The notes under the pieces were generated by a model, which had not been told where the DNA came from, did not search any database, and saw only the letters and a program-made list of their open reading frames with translations. The position numbers and the translations under genes were made by a program. From contig OZ024742.1 in NCBI GenBank assembly GCA_964016885.1, forward strand, positions 313,038,001 to 313,102,000: DNA of 64,000 nucleotides, in the 5' to 3' direction. How positions within the stretch are numbered: position 1 is the first letter of the stretch; each line of letters begins with the position of its first letter. This document shows, in pieces, positions 27,937 to 40,775 of the stretch. Source of the DNA: Eledone cirrhosa. Taxonomy: Eukaryota.

Positions 27937-28650
27937 AATATACAGCTCTGTATCAGACAACCTGTGGCAATTTCGATTAGTTTGGTATCAAAAGGGTTAA
28001 CTTTTATGAACAACTGAGTGTTTTAACCTTTTTGTGATATTTTTAATGAAATACATTCTATTTCAATTGATTAATGAAGAATGTTACGAGATTTACTAAA
28101 ATTATTAATTATTTCGTTATATGGTTCATATATAAAATTATGTTGGAAGATTTAATTTAAATAGGAACCCTTTAAAAAGGATGGTTCTGTTTCATAGAAC
28201 CAGAGCTGCATTTGACTGGGTTGGTGTAAAAATTGTTAAAGTTGTTCCATTACTCCAGAAGTTCCCAGCATTTTTCATCTTGTTTATCCCATGGCAATTT
28301 TTACTCCCATCCTGTTTTGTTCATTAATTTAGCAACCAACAAATGAGAAATTCGAAAATACAGACAAAAAGAGAGAATGACTGACAAGGATTCAGCGATG
28401 TTAACTTTTTCTTTCTTCTTTGTCTTTCATTTGTAAGAAGTATTAATTACAGATTGTTATGTTTAAAATGATACAAATAAAATAAATCAGTATTTTAGTA
28501 AACAATTTCCTTCTCAATTTCTGACTGTTGGGTCCCATTTGCTTATAATAGTGAGAGATGGCGAGAGTGAGAGAGATGGAGGCAGTGACCATACCAGTAT
28601 TTTTGAAGTATTTTGTAGAGTTATATATCAGGTCTTAGAATGATCTAAAT

Positions 28651-29280
28651 CAATAGTTCTTAACCGGGGTCCATGTAACATTACTAAAAGTCCACAACCA
28701 CAAAAAAAAGCAAATTGTTGGTCAACAGTAATATTTTAGTGGTCCATAGAACAATTTCATTTCAGAACGGTTGTTACAACTGAGAATTAGAATTTCTAAA
28801 GTAATCTACGCCACATTAAAATACTAAAAATAGAAATATTCATGTAACTTTGGTTCTTTAGATGGCTATCATCAAAATTAATGCTACTCTAATAGAAATT
28901 TGGTAGTTTTCTTCGTTTATGGTACAATGTATATCAAAAGATATAAGGATCAACTCTCATACCGTGACATTTTGAAGTAATTGAATAAATCTGTACTTTT
29001 AAAAAAATGTATTAATTACTCAGATATTTAAAATGGTATTATGAATTATTTTACTAGTGTGCATAAATGTTCCATAGAATTTAGTCGCTAAACACAAGTT
29101 TATAATCATTAAATTAGTTTTACTTCAAAATAAAGCATATACAATTCCTAAACATATCTATACATAAAATAAAAAATAAGATAAGTTGTTTTTTTTTTCA
29201 TCGAATGATTATGGAGGGTCCACTAAAAAAAAATTAAGAGTAAAAGTGGTCCATAGGTTAAAAAAGGTTGAGAACTACTG
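28651..29280. mobile_element. hAT non-autonomous element
   Basis: 15-bp TIRs CAATAGTTCTTAACC / GGTTGAGAACTACTG and perfect 8-bp TSD ATCTAAAT (28643-28650, 29281-29288). Confidence 0.9.
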
Positions 29281-30642
29281 ATCTAAATAGAATTAGTGGA
29301 TTGAAAAAAATGTATACAAATACAGAATTAGTAGATTTACCCCCTGTTGGGAACCTTTGCAATATTTGGAAGTCTTCAGAGGTCATGTAGATTGGTGTCA
29401 AAAAGGTTAACTCTTAATATCATGTAATGATTTAGCAGAAAATATCTAATAATGGGTTTATTAATTCAAATATTTTTACGAGTGGACAGATTGTTGTCAA
29501 AATTTGCAGTATTAGAATAAATCAAAGAATTGAATTTTTAATGTGATGCAGTCATAGTGCTGTTTTGTACTTTTCAATAATCTCTTGTTAATGTGGTTTT
29601 ATGTGGTACAGGATGTTCAGATCTAAATTAATCAAATGACAACTATCAAATTGAATGGCAATAGTTTATGAGCAGATTTACAGTACTTTATTTTTGTTGG
29701 ATGTTAATTCAGAGATTTGCTATTCTATTTCTGTATTTCGAAGGCATTAAACTTGTTATACAACAATTGAGCTTAATTTACTTCAAATTTCTCATTAATA
29801 CATCAGATTATTACAAATATATCGTAGACGCCATAATTCAAACCATCCATGTTAAATCAAATGGGGATTTTTAAACAGATAAGTGCTATTTTATTGTGTC
29901 CAGTTTCTACTTTAACCTTATGCCATCAATCAAAAGTATATCCTAAATAGTAATTATAAATTGATATAGTCACACTTTCAAAGTTACACCATGAAAACAA
30001 ATCTCCATTTATGCATCAGGAGAGAATATTTAACTTGTATATCTTAATCACTTAAATAACAACGCTCTGCATTAGGAGATTCACATAATATTGTAGCTTA
30101 GTGTTTTTAGGTTTGGTTTAAAATGAAATCATCTCTAGAGGAAGACCCCACCTCATTCATATTTGACACATAATGAACCAACTCTAAGTCATCATCATCC
30201 AATTTTAACTTTCTAAATGTCTGAAAAACATCAACTAGTTGGTAAATATCAAGTTTTAGTGTACTTTACAATAATTTATTCACTGAATTTGAACTTAACA
30301 TTACTAAACTGCTTGTTCAATATTATATCTACTTAACTATTTCAGTTCTAGAATCTTGCCTTTTTATTCATAACGTGGTTTATATATTATGTATACAACA
30401 TCATCATCATCATCATCATCGCTTAGCATCTGTTTTACATGTTACTGTTAACAAAGGTTGTATGTGTTCAAGCAAAGCCTTTCGGTATGCTGGGGCCCCC
30501 GATATGTAATTACATGCTTGACCGAGTGCATTTTATTGTGGCACAAACACCAGAGAAGTTGTCATAGACACAGCTGGGTTTCTACAGTTGGATGCCCTTC
30601 ATATCACCAACCCCTTAACAATTTATATAAACAAAAAAAAAT

Positions 30643-32612
30643 GAGATGCTGAAGGCATCTGGCTCGGTGGGACACACCTTGGTCACCCGGATAGTTAACC
30701 AAGTCGTACAGAATGGGGTTGTTCTGAAGGACTGGCATAGCAGCATCATCGTTAACTGTTATAAGGGTAAAGGAGATGCCCTAGATAGGAGTAACTATAG
30801 AGGCATTAAACTAATCGACCAGGTCATGAAGGTCACGGAAAAAGTAATAGCGCAACTAATCAGAGAGAGAATTGACCTAGATGAAATGCAGTTCGGGTTT
30901 GTGTCAGGCAAAAGTACCACAGACGCTCTTTTCATTGTACGTCAACTACAGGAGAAGTACCTAGCTAAAGGTAAACCCCTCTACTTAGCTTTTGTCGACT
31001 TGGAGAAAGCCTTCGACAGAGTCCCCCGTTCCATTATCTGGTGGGCCCTTAGAAAACAAGGTGTCGACGAATGGCTTGTGAGAGCTATACAAGCCATGTA
31101 TAAAGAAACAGTCAGCAAGGTTAGAATTAACAACGAATATAGTGAAGAGTTTAGCGTAAAAGTTGGCGTCCATCAGGGCTCTGTTCTCAGCCCCCTACTA
31201 TTTATTATTGCCCTTCAGGCTATAACAGAGGAGTTCAAGACCAGCTGCCCATGGGAACTCCTATACGCAGACGACCTGACACTCATAGCTGAATCAATGG
31301 CCGAGCTAGAGAAGAAATTCCAAACATGGAAGCACGGCCTAGAATCAAAAGGCCTTAAAATTAACCTGGTTAAGACTAAAGTTCTAGTTTGTAGGAAAGA
31401 AAATAAGGCAGCGGTCCCTTCCGGGAAATGGCCATGCTCAGTGTGTAGGAAAGGCGTAGGTAGAAACTCCATTTTATATCCCAAATGCAAAGTATGGGTG
31501 CATAAAAGATGTAGTGGGATCACAGGTAAGCTAACTAAGAACTTAGATTTTACATGTGGCCGGTGCTCTGGTGCAATAAGTAGCAGCGAGTGCCCACAAA
31601 ATACTAACTCTTTCAATTGCGCAGAGGGCTCTATAGAAATAGTGGACAGCTTCCGTTACCTGGGTGACAAAATCAGCAGTGGGGGAGGGTGCTCCGAAAG
31701 TACAGTAGCTAGAGTCAGAACTGGATGGAAAAAGTTCAGAGAGCTTATACCACTATTAGCCGCTAAAGGGTTCTCCCTAAAAATGAAAGGCAGGTTGTAT
31801 GATGCCTGCATACGAACAGCAATGTTGCATGGCAGTGAGACCTGGGCATTGTGCGCAGAGGATATACGCAGACTAGAGAGGAACGAAGCTTGCATGCTCC
31901 GCTGGATGTGTAATAGTAATATACGTGAACGGCAAAGCATAAACGAACTAAGGAAAAAATTAGAAATAAGAGGGATCAGATGTTGTTTACTCGAGAGAAG
32001 GCTACGTTGGTACGGACACGTGATGCGCATGAAAGTCGATAGCTGTATAACAAAGTGCAGGGCAATAAAGATAGACGGTAGCCACGGAATAGGCAGACCT
32101 AGAAAATCCTGGGACGAGCTGATAAACTCCGACCTCACACACTTACACCTCTCCAAGACAATGTCACTGGACCGAGACCTTTGGCGGTACTCAGTAATAG
32201 AGAAGACCCGCCTTACCTAAATACATAGTAAAACCTACTACAGCCAGTAGGCATCTCTAACAAAATACACCCCCGTCCCACCACCCACACCCCATCCACA
32301 CCACCCCCTCCTATGTAAAGTTATGTTGGTGCCACAACATCCAGGCCGAAACAAATGAGATCGTGTAGGTGTCACGACAAAAAAACACACAGTCCACGCT
32401 GTAATGTGGCCGTGTAGGCAACACGGTAAAAACCTCCCAGACCCACACTGTAAATGTGGTTGGTGTTAGGAAGGGCATCCAACTGTAGAAAACCTGCCAG
32501 ACAGTCCTATGCGAGCAAGACAATCACTCTTGCCTCAAGTGGGAATACCCCCGTCCAAACCCATGCAAGCGTGGAACACGGACGTTAAACGTTGATGATG
32601 ATGATGATGATG
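30643..32612 (+). mobile_element. 5'-truncated young RTE LINE, copy C
   Basis: RT ORF, 3' UTR and (TGA)n tail; no endonuclease domain. Confidence 0.95.
30646..32220 (+). CDS. RTE reverse transcriptase (N-terminally truncated, frame open) with inserted PHD-like finger
   Basis: [55 protein letters not shown] motifs. Confidence 0.9.
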   Translation: MLKASGSVGHTLVTRIVNQVVQNGVVLKDWHSSIIVNCYKGKGDALDRSNYRGIKLIDQVMKVTEKVIAQLIRERIDLDEMQFGFVSGKSTTDALFIVRQLQEKYLAKGKPLYLAFVDLEKAFDRVPRSIIWWALRKQGVDEWLVRAIQAMYKETVSKVRINNEYSEEFSVKVGVHQGSVLSPLLFIIALQAITEEFKTSCPWELLYADDLTLIAESMAELEKKFQTWKHGLESKGLKINLVKTKVLVCRKENKAAVPSGKWPCSVCRKGVGRNSILYPKCKVWVHKRCSGITGKLTKNLDFTCGRCSGAISSSECPQNTNSFNCAEGSIEIVDSFRYLGDKISSGGGCSESTVARVRTGWKKFRELIPLLAAKGFSLKMKGRLYDACIRTAMLHGSETWALCAEDIRRLERNEACMLRWMCNSNIRERQSINELRKKLEIRGIRCCLLERRLRWYGHVMRMKVDSCITKCRAIKIDGSHGIGRPRKSWDELINSDLTHLHLSKTMSLDRDLWRYSVIEKTRLT

Positions 32613-33194
32613 AAAGAGAAAAAAATATCTGGCTAATATTTATTTACAAAATATCAGTTTTAATTATTTTAATCTCATTTATTTATTTATTCAATTTAAA
32701 TTTCTGTATATTGCTAATCTGGAGAGGGATGGGCTTAAAATTCCCAAGAAATGCTATATGTCAATATGGCACCCTTACAACTATCAGGAGTTACGGGGCC
32801 ATACCATATTGCTAATAAGCTGTGACAGACTCGGGGATGTATCTAGTACTTCTTACAGTTGAGAAAAAAAAAAGTAGACAGAGATAAGTGAATAGAAAAA
32901 GAAAAAAAAAGAAAAGAAAAGTTGTCTCTATAAATTGTTATGTACTTGCATTTATCTCTACTATGCATTACATAATATTGAGATACATGCTACTTCTGAA
33001 TTTAAATTTTTTAAGGTATGTATGTATGAACTGATAACTCCTGATGAAGTCATAGGAGTGCTGTATTGATATACAATTCTAGGGATTTGTTTATAACCTG
33101 GCAGAGCCCTTCTCCTCTTCAGGTCTGAATACAGCAGATTTCTTCCAGAGAAGGATAGAGAGTAAGAGAAAGGAAATGAGAAAGAGACATGGAG

Positions 33195-33345
33195 GAAGAA
33201 TAACCCCAGAATTGGACAGGTACTTTTTTTATCGACCTTGAATGGATGAAAGGTAAAGTTGACCTCAGCGGGAATGAACTCAGAGAGTAGAGAGCAAAAA
33301 CAAATACCACAGAGCACTATCTGATGACTCTGCCAATTCGCCACC
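33195..33345 (-). mobile_element. SINE family A relative
   Basis: GGTACTTTTTTATCGACCTTGAATGGATGAAAGGTAAAGTTGACCTCAGCGGGAATGAACTC; similar copy at ~34500-34655. Confidence 0.65.
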
Positions 33346-33799
33346 TATTCTTTAAGATAAGCAGCCTATTGACTCATATTAACCATTTCAAAACTGCCCC
33401 GATTCTATGATGGCTAACCTCTTGTATAAAAGTATTTATATTTAAACCAAAAATACTGTTATGAAAGAATACTTTTGTTAAGCTATTTACTGAATTCAAA
33501 CTTATTGATATGGTTATTTATTTTACTAAGTCCCTTCAAATATTTAATTATTTACAAAATTAATTGAAAAACATAGATGAGTATTTCATTAGAAATTGGT
33601 GGTGGTGGGGGAAGGTTAAATTACCAACTAAATAAATTATATTTGATGCAAAAACAATCTTTATACAATCAACCATTTGAGAACAAAAATATCTGGTAAT
33701 AAAAATCATTGTAAGAATATCTTTCTATTAATTTGGTAACAAATAAAATCATGTCAACAAATGAATTCCATACAAAATTAATGAATTAAAAACTATCTA

Positions 33800-33945
33800 T
33801 CGATTCAACATCTATCGATCTAGGGCGGGTAAAATTCCCGAGATCCATGGACGAGTTCTCTCCAGCCGTCTCTGTCCCTCATTATCGCTGCCATGTCCTG
33901 CGTCTCCAACAGACCAGTGTCTGTCCTTAGGACATCAATATACGG
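33800..33945 (-). mobile_element. Non-LTR retrotransposon 3' end
   Basis: YIDVLRTDTGLLETQDMAAIMRDRDGWRELV...* typical LINE ORF C-terminus followed by short ATAG-like repeats. Confidence 0.65.
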
Positions 33946-34137
33946 CCACTTAGAACCACTCACATATGTTTTGTGTGCATGTGTATGAATATAGACACCA
34001 TGGCTACTAAAAGTGTTGTCTCAAAAGTCCCAAAACGTGGGCGGAAAGGTACCAAAATACATACAAATGTACCAAATCCAATTACACCTATAGGAAACTT
34101 CAATAATACTTCAAAAAGAAAAACGTGTTAAACTTAC

Positions 34138-34421
34138 CTTGTATGTTTACTTAAGATGCTATATCTTTGTTTACACTCACCTTCCTGTACTAGCCTTTTT
34201 CTTGTAGTTTCAGGTTCAGTTGTTGTAAATGTCATTTGGTGCAGTATATATTTTCCAGCAGAGATTTTTAATGAAGTAGGATTTTTTTAAGTACTGCCAT
34301 CTTAGTTCTTATGTTATTGTATGTATGGATCTGTAACTTCCAGCGGAGTCATAGGGGCACTGTAGTGACAATTCATCATGTTTTGGATGTCTTAAACTTG
34401 ACAGAGCCCATCACCCCTGGT
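34138..34421 (-). CDS. Candidate first coding exon (ATG at 34235, MTFTTTEPETTRKRLVQEGECKQRYSILSKHT, phase 2)
   Basis: Non-repetitive island with acceptor TATATTCAG, donor AAG|GTAAGT at 34137 and alternative donor AAG|GTGAGT at 34180; no homology recognised. Confidence 0.35.
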
Positions 34422-34754
34422 CTGAATATAGGCTATTTCTTCTTCTTAGAGAGAGAAAGAGAGAACAAGAGAGTGGAAGTAAAAAGGAGATATAAAGGAA
34501 GAATCAATCCCAGTATTGAAATGGTACTTTTTTAATGAACCTCAAAAGAATGATGGCAAAGTGACCTTGGTGCGATCTGAATTCAGAGTGTAGAGAAATG
34601 AAACGCCCACTGTAAAGCATTCTATCCGACATAACAAACTTGCCAACTAGCTGCCTTCATTTATGATATTAAGAAATGAAAAAAAACCTCTTTCTGCAGT
34701 TACTCAGGTATGTGGTAACACAATAAGTATATATCTTAAGTACTGGTATTGAGC

Positions 34755-34990
34755 ATCACTTGGTATCGATGCCTCCTAGATGGACATCACTATGAGAAAC
34801 GATAATTAAACATGAGTGGGTGGATGGTCCACTCCTGCTCAAGCCTTGACTTAAAAATGTTGACTGAGGATGCATCAACTGTTTCTTGTCTAAGGTTGTT
34901 CCAGTGGTTGATCGCACATGCCACCATATTTTTCTTGAGAGCCAGAAAGCCAATATTTCTCAGGTTTAGTTTTTTTATCATGAGGTACAT
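34755..34990 (-). mobile_element. CR1-like LINE 3' fragment
   Basis: AINHWNNLRQETVDASSVNIFKSRLEQEW matches the CR1 C-terminal WN.LP..VV.A.S.N.FK.RLD motif. Confidence 0.7.
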
Positions 34991-35149
34991 CTTACAAAGT
35001 CAGTTACCTCTACTTCCTGCTTATTTGTTTATAGTGGTCTTTATTTACAAGGCTGGAATATTCCATTATCAATATTATTATCTATTTTGATTTACCTTCA
35101 GAAACCTTGGTTGAATCTAAAGCCTCAAGTCGTCGTAAATTTACAAACA

Positions 35150-35540
35150 TATCACATGACATGAAGTGTTGCATCAATTCTTTAGAAAAATACACATTGA
35201 AAGAAATTTAATATTTCTAGTTTAAATTCTTGTAACTCCACTTAGGAAATTACTGCAGAGTTTTCTCTCAAAATATTGTCTACCGTGGCACTATAAAAGA
35301 GGTGTTCAATTTTAAGATTTAAGGAAGGATCATGCACTCTAAGTTTGCTGATATCACTAGGTTTCAACAATTCTACTTTGATGAAGCTACTGAGAATAAC
35401 TTTCATTTCAGTGTTAATGGAATTTTTTAATTTATGAATTCTAAATCTTCCTGCTTGGAAATCTGAACTGAGCTTATTAATGTCTGACAAAATATAAATA
35501 AGGAAAGCAAGATAAATTTTTGCCATTTGGGTTTTGTAAT
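35150..35540 (-). pseudogene. hAT-like transposase fragment
   Basis: KIYLAFLIYILSDINKLSSDFQAGRFRIHKL resembles the hAT L.FL..IL..IN.L...FQ helix; stops present. Confidence 0.55.
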
Positions 35541-36202
35541 TCTCTTAATATTATAGAAGCCATGTGAAAACCATTTTACGATGATGCTGATGTAAAACAA
35601 AACAAAAGTGTTAGATACTGAATGTACATCTGAATCTGCGTGTACATGTATTTTTTCTGTTATTTTAATTCAGCCTCACTTTCATTTTTAATAGATATTA
35701 ATTTCAATTCTTATATCCCAAACATAAATATTTCATCTGATGAGCATACTGGACGTTTCTGTTAGGATTGTCTAATTTCCTGAAACCTTTGGGAATGGAA
35801 TAATTATCTTGTGTTGTTTATTATCTAATAAAATAGCTCTGTACTATATATAGAGCACTCTTCTCTCCTTTACCTTTTCTACAGAAATACATAACACACA
35901 CACAGCCAACTCACAGACAACGAAGGACAAACACGGACAGAGATATGAACTCTCCTCTCTAAATATGTATATAAAAACTAATAATTTTTCTTCCTCTTTT
36001 TATTATTCCTATAAATATGCAACATAACTACATTATGCATATTCGCAGTTTAAAAAGCTTATAATGCTGAAACCAGTACCATTATTAAATGCGGAAATAT
36101 CCACTTTATAAATAGATGTTTTGATATTATACTGAAAGAATCTCTTCAGCATTTTTTACTTAAAAATCTTTTTCCTCTCTACTATTTGTTTATATATATA
36201 TA

Positions 36203-36600
36203 TGGAGACACATGGCTTAGTGGTTAGAGCATTGGGCTAGCAATCGAAAGGTTGTGAGTTCAACACTCGGACCGGGTGATGTGTTGTTTCCTTGAGTAAG
36301 ACACTTTGTTTCACATTGCTCCAGTTTACTCAGCTATAGAAATGAGATGATAGGACTGGGGTCCCTATCATTCCACTGCAAAGTGGACGCGTAGGCACCA
36401 CGGAAAAAAAAAAGCACCCAGCACTCACTGTAAATGAGGTTGGTGTTAGGAAGGGCATCTAGCTGTAGAAATCAAGCCAGAATCAGTTCCCGTATGAGCA
36501 ACACAAGGTCAGCCGACTGGACACTGCCCACAACAGGACAACCCATCTAACCCATGCTAGCATGGAAGAACGGACGTAAAACGGTGATGATAATGATGAT
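36203..36600 (+). mobile_element. Full-length SINE family B
   Basis: tRNA head TGGCTTAGTGGTTAGAGC...GAGTTCAAC, CORE-like block, RTE tail, (TGA)n; inserted in a TA run. Confidence 0.9.
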
Positions 36601-37207
36601 ATATATATGCCAATTTCTGTGTATATGTGTATAACCAGTTGGCGCCTACACCAGTGATCCGATCATGATGAAACTTTACATACGTGTTAAGCTAATATTC
36701 AGAAACAGGACTGGCCAATTGGATTTCAATAAAAAAAATCAATAATGATACCCCTGGGGACATCTTTACAATGGAGGAGGAAAGAGAAGACGTTTCAGTG
36801 AGAGAGGGAGAAGAGGAGATACTACTACTTTATGTTAAACCCTCCCTCCCACTACCCCCTTCCTCCTCCCACAACTCAGTCCTCCAAAACGAGGCAACAC
36901 CTTATTAGAAATATGCAATGCACGTTCTTGATTGTTCTCCATTCTGTAGAGAAAGAGGGAGAGGGTATGAGAGAGAGTGGGAGAAAGAAGAGCGGGCATG
37001 AGAGAGAGTGGGATTGAGAAAGAAAGAAAGAGTGAGGGGGATTGGGGAGAGGAGAAAATGATAGCAGTGTTCGATAACTTTAACTTTTATTTATTTATTC
37101 TTTACACACTGTTTCCTCAACCTTACGTCTCTTTCTCTCTCTCTCTTTCACACTAGACGTACTGTGACTGTGTGTGTGTTGTGTGTGACCGGGGAAGTTA
37201 CAATGTC

Positions 37208-37303
<96 letters not shown>

Positions 37304-37844
37304 TGAGGATGTGTGCGTGTGTATGCCGGTACCCACATAACTGTTCGCAACCGAATTCTTCAAATTTGGAACAAACATGCGTTATGTTCCTAGAAGTGTT
37401 GTGGCCTCATAAAACTTTCAAGTTTTTATCTAATGCGGCCCCAAGGTAGACGAAGGGTGTCTCTGGATCAACATGACAATCACGTCACATGTACGAAACT
37501 TAAATAATTGTTGGTTAACATTTTACTCATTTCAGTGTGTTACGTCTTCTTTCCTTAGAGAATGCTTCCCAGGAAGGATCCACCATTGGTCGAAAAACGG
37601 TGAAAGCTGAGAGAGAGAAAAGAAGAAAAAGCAAATGAATCGTCAATGGAGGCAGCAATTAGATGATCGCAAGATGTTGAACGTAAAGCTACTGCAAGAG
37701 CGTTAGAAAACTCCGAGCAGCGTTGTATTTAAGACATAGGTTACTTATGTACTCCGGAGGGTCATGGGCACTTTCTTTTTTCCAGATATTGCTTATGGCC
37801 TACAAATAAATTTGCAGGCATGCACTTGCGCAGAAATTCAGGTA

Positions 37845-38590
37845 GGGTACACCTTGGGGGGGGGGGGGCAGTAAACCGACTTAATGAATGTTGAAGTTAA
37901 TATCGTCAATGCAACAAAACCTCATAACTGCTTGAGTTGGTGTTTGGTTTTCACGAAGCGAGACGTATTGGTTACCCATGGCTTATAAACGAAGGTGAAC
38001 ACATGAACTTTTACTTGAACTTATCAAGGGGACCCCGGGGGGGGGGGGGGGTAGTAAGCCCCTTCGACTTATCTATTGAAGTTCACATTAACACTGTATT
38101 AGTACCTGATAACTTTTGAAGTTTACGTTCGATTTTAACTTTACCGGACACATTGATTACCCATTGCCTAAAGATGACGTTGAAGACACTGTCTATACTC
38201 GGAACAAGCAAGGGGACCCCAGGGGGCAGTAAGCCCCTGCGAGTCATTTATTGAATTTGGCTATTGTAATGCAGCAAAGCGTATAGCTTCGATAATTGGT
38301 AGTCCAATAAAACGAATTTCGACTTAGTTGTTATTCATGTAGTACAGATGAAGATACTGTGAAGCACATTTACTTTCATTTCAATTCAGACAATGAGCCC
38401 AATTCATTAACCTAGAAAAGTTCAAACTACCACAATAAAAAAGCACCATAATCTTGGGAATTTATACTTGATTCTTACAAAAACTAAACGAAATGGTTAT
38501 TGCCTGCCATAAGATAAAGCACCACACATTCGTTATCACTTGAATTTTGCAAGGGAACCCCTAGGGAAGGCTGTGAGCCCCTTTGGACCA
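37845..38590. repeat. ~180-bp degenerate tandem repeat inside the Helitron
   Basis: CAAGGGGACCCC-G(n)-CAGTAAGCCCC motif near 37850, 38026, 38209, 38549. Confidence 0.6.
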
Positions 38591-39087
38591 CTTTTAAAGT
38601 TCATATTATGGTTGCAGTAAAGTATTTCAACTTCTGGAAATAAAAGTCAATTTAAACGAAAGTTGACCCATCGGTTACTCATGTCCTACAAATGGAGTAT
38701 CGAATTTCTAAACCCCCCTGACTTAACTTTAGTTTGTTTAGTTAACTTTAGGATGATTGAATTTAATTTTGCACCCGGTTGTCTCCCCGTATAATTGCAC
38801 CACAATAAAGTGCGGAATGGGGAGTTAATTTTTTTCCCTTGAACTTTGGCGTCATTTCACACTCCTAACCAAGAAAGCGCAATTTAACCCAGGCGTAAAT
38901 TTTAACTGTTTGTGAATTGTGCTATTTCACACTCATGCCTAAACTGTGCGAATGATTGATTAGTTTTTGCACCCGGTTGTCTCCCCCGTTTAATTGCACC
39001 TCAATTAAGTGCGAAATGGCGACCTCTGGCCAACCACACATCAGTGAGTTGTGTTCAGTAGATTTCCTCACACTTATTTGTATTATC

Positions 39088-39175
39088 TAACCAATCAGAC
39101 AACTCGAGTGTTGTTCATTGAGCGAAATCACTCCTATTTATATCGGTCAAGTCCGACCTAAGATCACACTTCTTT
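39088..39175 (+). promoter_or_regulatory. Candidate Helitron internal promoter
   Basis: AACCAATCAG, CTATTTATAT about 45 bp later, then pyrimidine-rich TCACACTTC, upstream of the RepHel remnant. Confidence 0.35.
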
Positions 39176-39666
39176 TTTGGCTTATGACAAGTGGTAGGTT
39201 TTTTTACATGCGTACTCTCATAAGCTACCCCATGTTTCTGAAACGCATGCTTCTTCAACATTTGTCACCTTAAGGAGGTTTAGTTAATGTGTTTATTGTC
39301 ATAAGGTTCCAGTTTATCATGCTGTGATTTTTCGGCCATTTTTGCATGTATCCTTTCAATGGTTAGTACTTACTTATTGCTATGTTTGAACTGAACAAAT
39401 ATACTGACATTTATATACCTACCACTGTAGCCACACTATTTAATTTCCTTTATGACAGGTAGTCCATACGCTGCGTTGCCCCTAACTTAAAACCTGAAAT
39501 TTGACTGGGACACAAAATCTTGCAAAACATACCCACATTCTCAGACCAGATAGATTTATCACATTTTTTTTAGATTTTCTTACCGTGTTTAGATTTATCA
39601 CCGTGTTTAGATTTTCTTACTTAAACGTTATTTGTCCACTATTTATCGTTCTCCCTGGTTAATTTT

Positions 39667-40300
39667 CACGCGCACGAGAGGATGAAGGACGACGCGCCGT
39701 TCGACGAAGCAGGGACGCCACTGCTCACGCGCGAGAGGATGAAAGACGGCGCACCGTTCGACGAAGCAGGGATGCCACTGCAACAGCCACTGCTGGCGCT
39801 CAAGAGGATGAAGGACGACGCGCCGTTCGACGAAGTAGGGACGCCACTGTAACATCCGTTGCTCGCGCTTGAGAGGATGAAGGACGACGCGCCATTCGAC
39901 GAGGCAGGGACGCCTCTGCAACAGCCACTGCTCGCACTCGAGAGGATGAAGGACAACGCGCTGTTCGACGAAGAAGGGATGCCACTGCAACAGCCTCTGC
40001 AACAGCTGCTGCTCGTGCTCGAGAGGATGAAGGACGACGCGCCGTTCGATGAAGCAGGGACGCCACTGCAGTATCCACTGCAACATCCGCTGCTCGCGCT
40101 CGAGAGGATGAAGGACGACACGCCGTTCGACGAAGCAGGGACACCACTGCAACAGCCGCTGCACGAAATACTGAAACCATAGAGCAACGACGTGGCCGAC
40201 TTCTGCAAAGTGAACAGCGGCGATTATCGTAACGTGGCATTTCTAGGACTTGCAATTCATGATGGTTGTTGAAGGCCTTTAACTACGACCCCTTCTCCGA
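39667..40300 (+). pseudogene. Helitron RepHel N-terminus with STPR-like 23-aa repeats
   Basis: 69-bp units encoding EDEGRRAVRRSRDATATATARAR (57- and 81-bp variants), then ETIEQRRGRL and KAFNYDPS; in-frame stops. Confidence 0.75.
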
Positions 40301-40311
40301 CTACGCTGTGC

Positions 40312-40775
40312 TTGCCTAGAAATCTGCACGTCTACAAGTCCCTTGACTCTATGGCTGATCCGGACGAAGTTGCTAATTACCCCACAGAATTTCTTAACTC
40401 CCCAGACCCTCCTGGATTGCCACCAGACTTGCTGCGACTTAAGAAAGGTGCCTCTATCATGCTCCTTAGGAATTTGGAACCCCGAAGGCTTTCCAACGGC
40501 ACGCGTCTGGTCGTCCAAAAGGCAATGCCTCATGTTATTGAGGCAACAATACTTACAGGATGTGGTAAGGGGGATACTGTCTTCATACCAAGGATACCTC
40601 TCATTCCATCCGGTAAAGAAATTCCTTTCACATTCAGAAGGCTGCAATTCCCTCTCCGGCTCAGTTTCGCCATGTCGATTAACAAATCACAGGGTCAGAC
40701 GCTGACGGTCGTAGGGCTTAATTTAGAAGAACCGTGCTTCTCCCATGGTCAACTATATGTTGGCTGCTCTCGAGG
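40312..40775 (+). pseudogene. Helitron Pif1-like helicase C-terminal fragment
   Basis: YPTEFLNS..PPGLPP, IMLLRNL, NGTRL, IPRIPL, QFPLRLSFAMSINKSQGQTL, FSHGQLYVGCSR. Confidence 0.92.

Noticed and set aside
35737-35762. CTGATGAG motif as a hammerhead
   Set aside because: No stem II or downstream GAAA
36045-36085. AGC-TTATAAT-GCT-GAAA-CCAG-TA as a hammerhead
   Set aside because: CUGANGA box absent; at most a decayed Penelope end
36203-36290. tRNA genes at SINE heads (also 2250, 15465, 22040, 27414, 54527)
   Set aside because: A and B boxes run directly into SINE bodies with tails and TSDs; no proper acceptor stem
39643-40255. Listed ORFs on the minus strand and at 39859+ over the GC-rich repeat
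   Set aside because: Shadow frames of the 69-bp STPR-like repeat; the meaningful frame is the stop-interrupted plus frame
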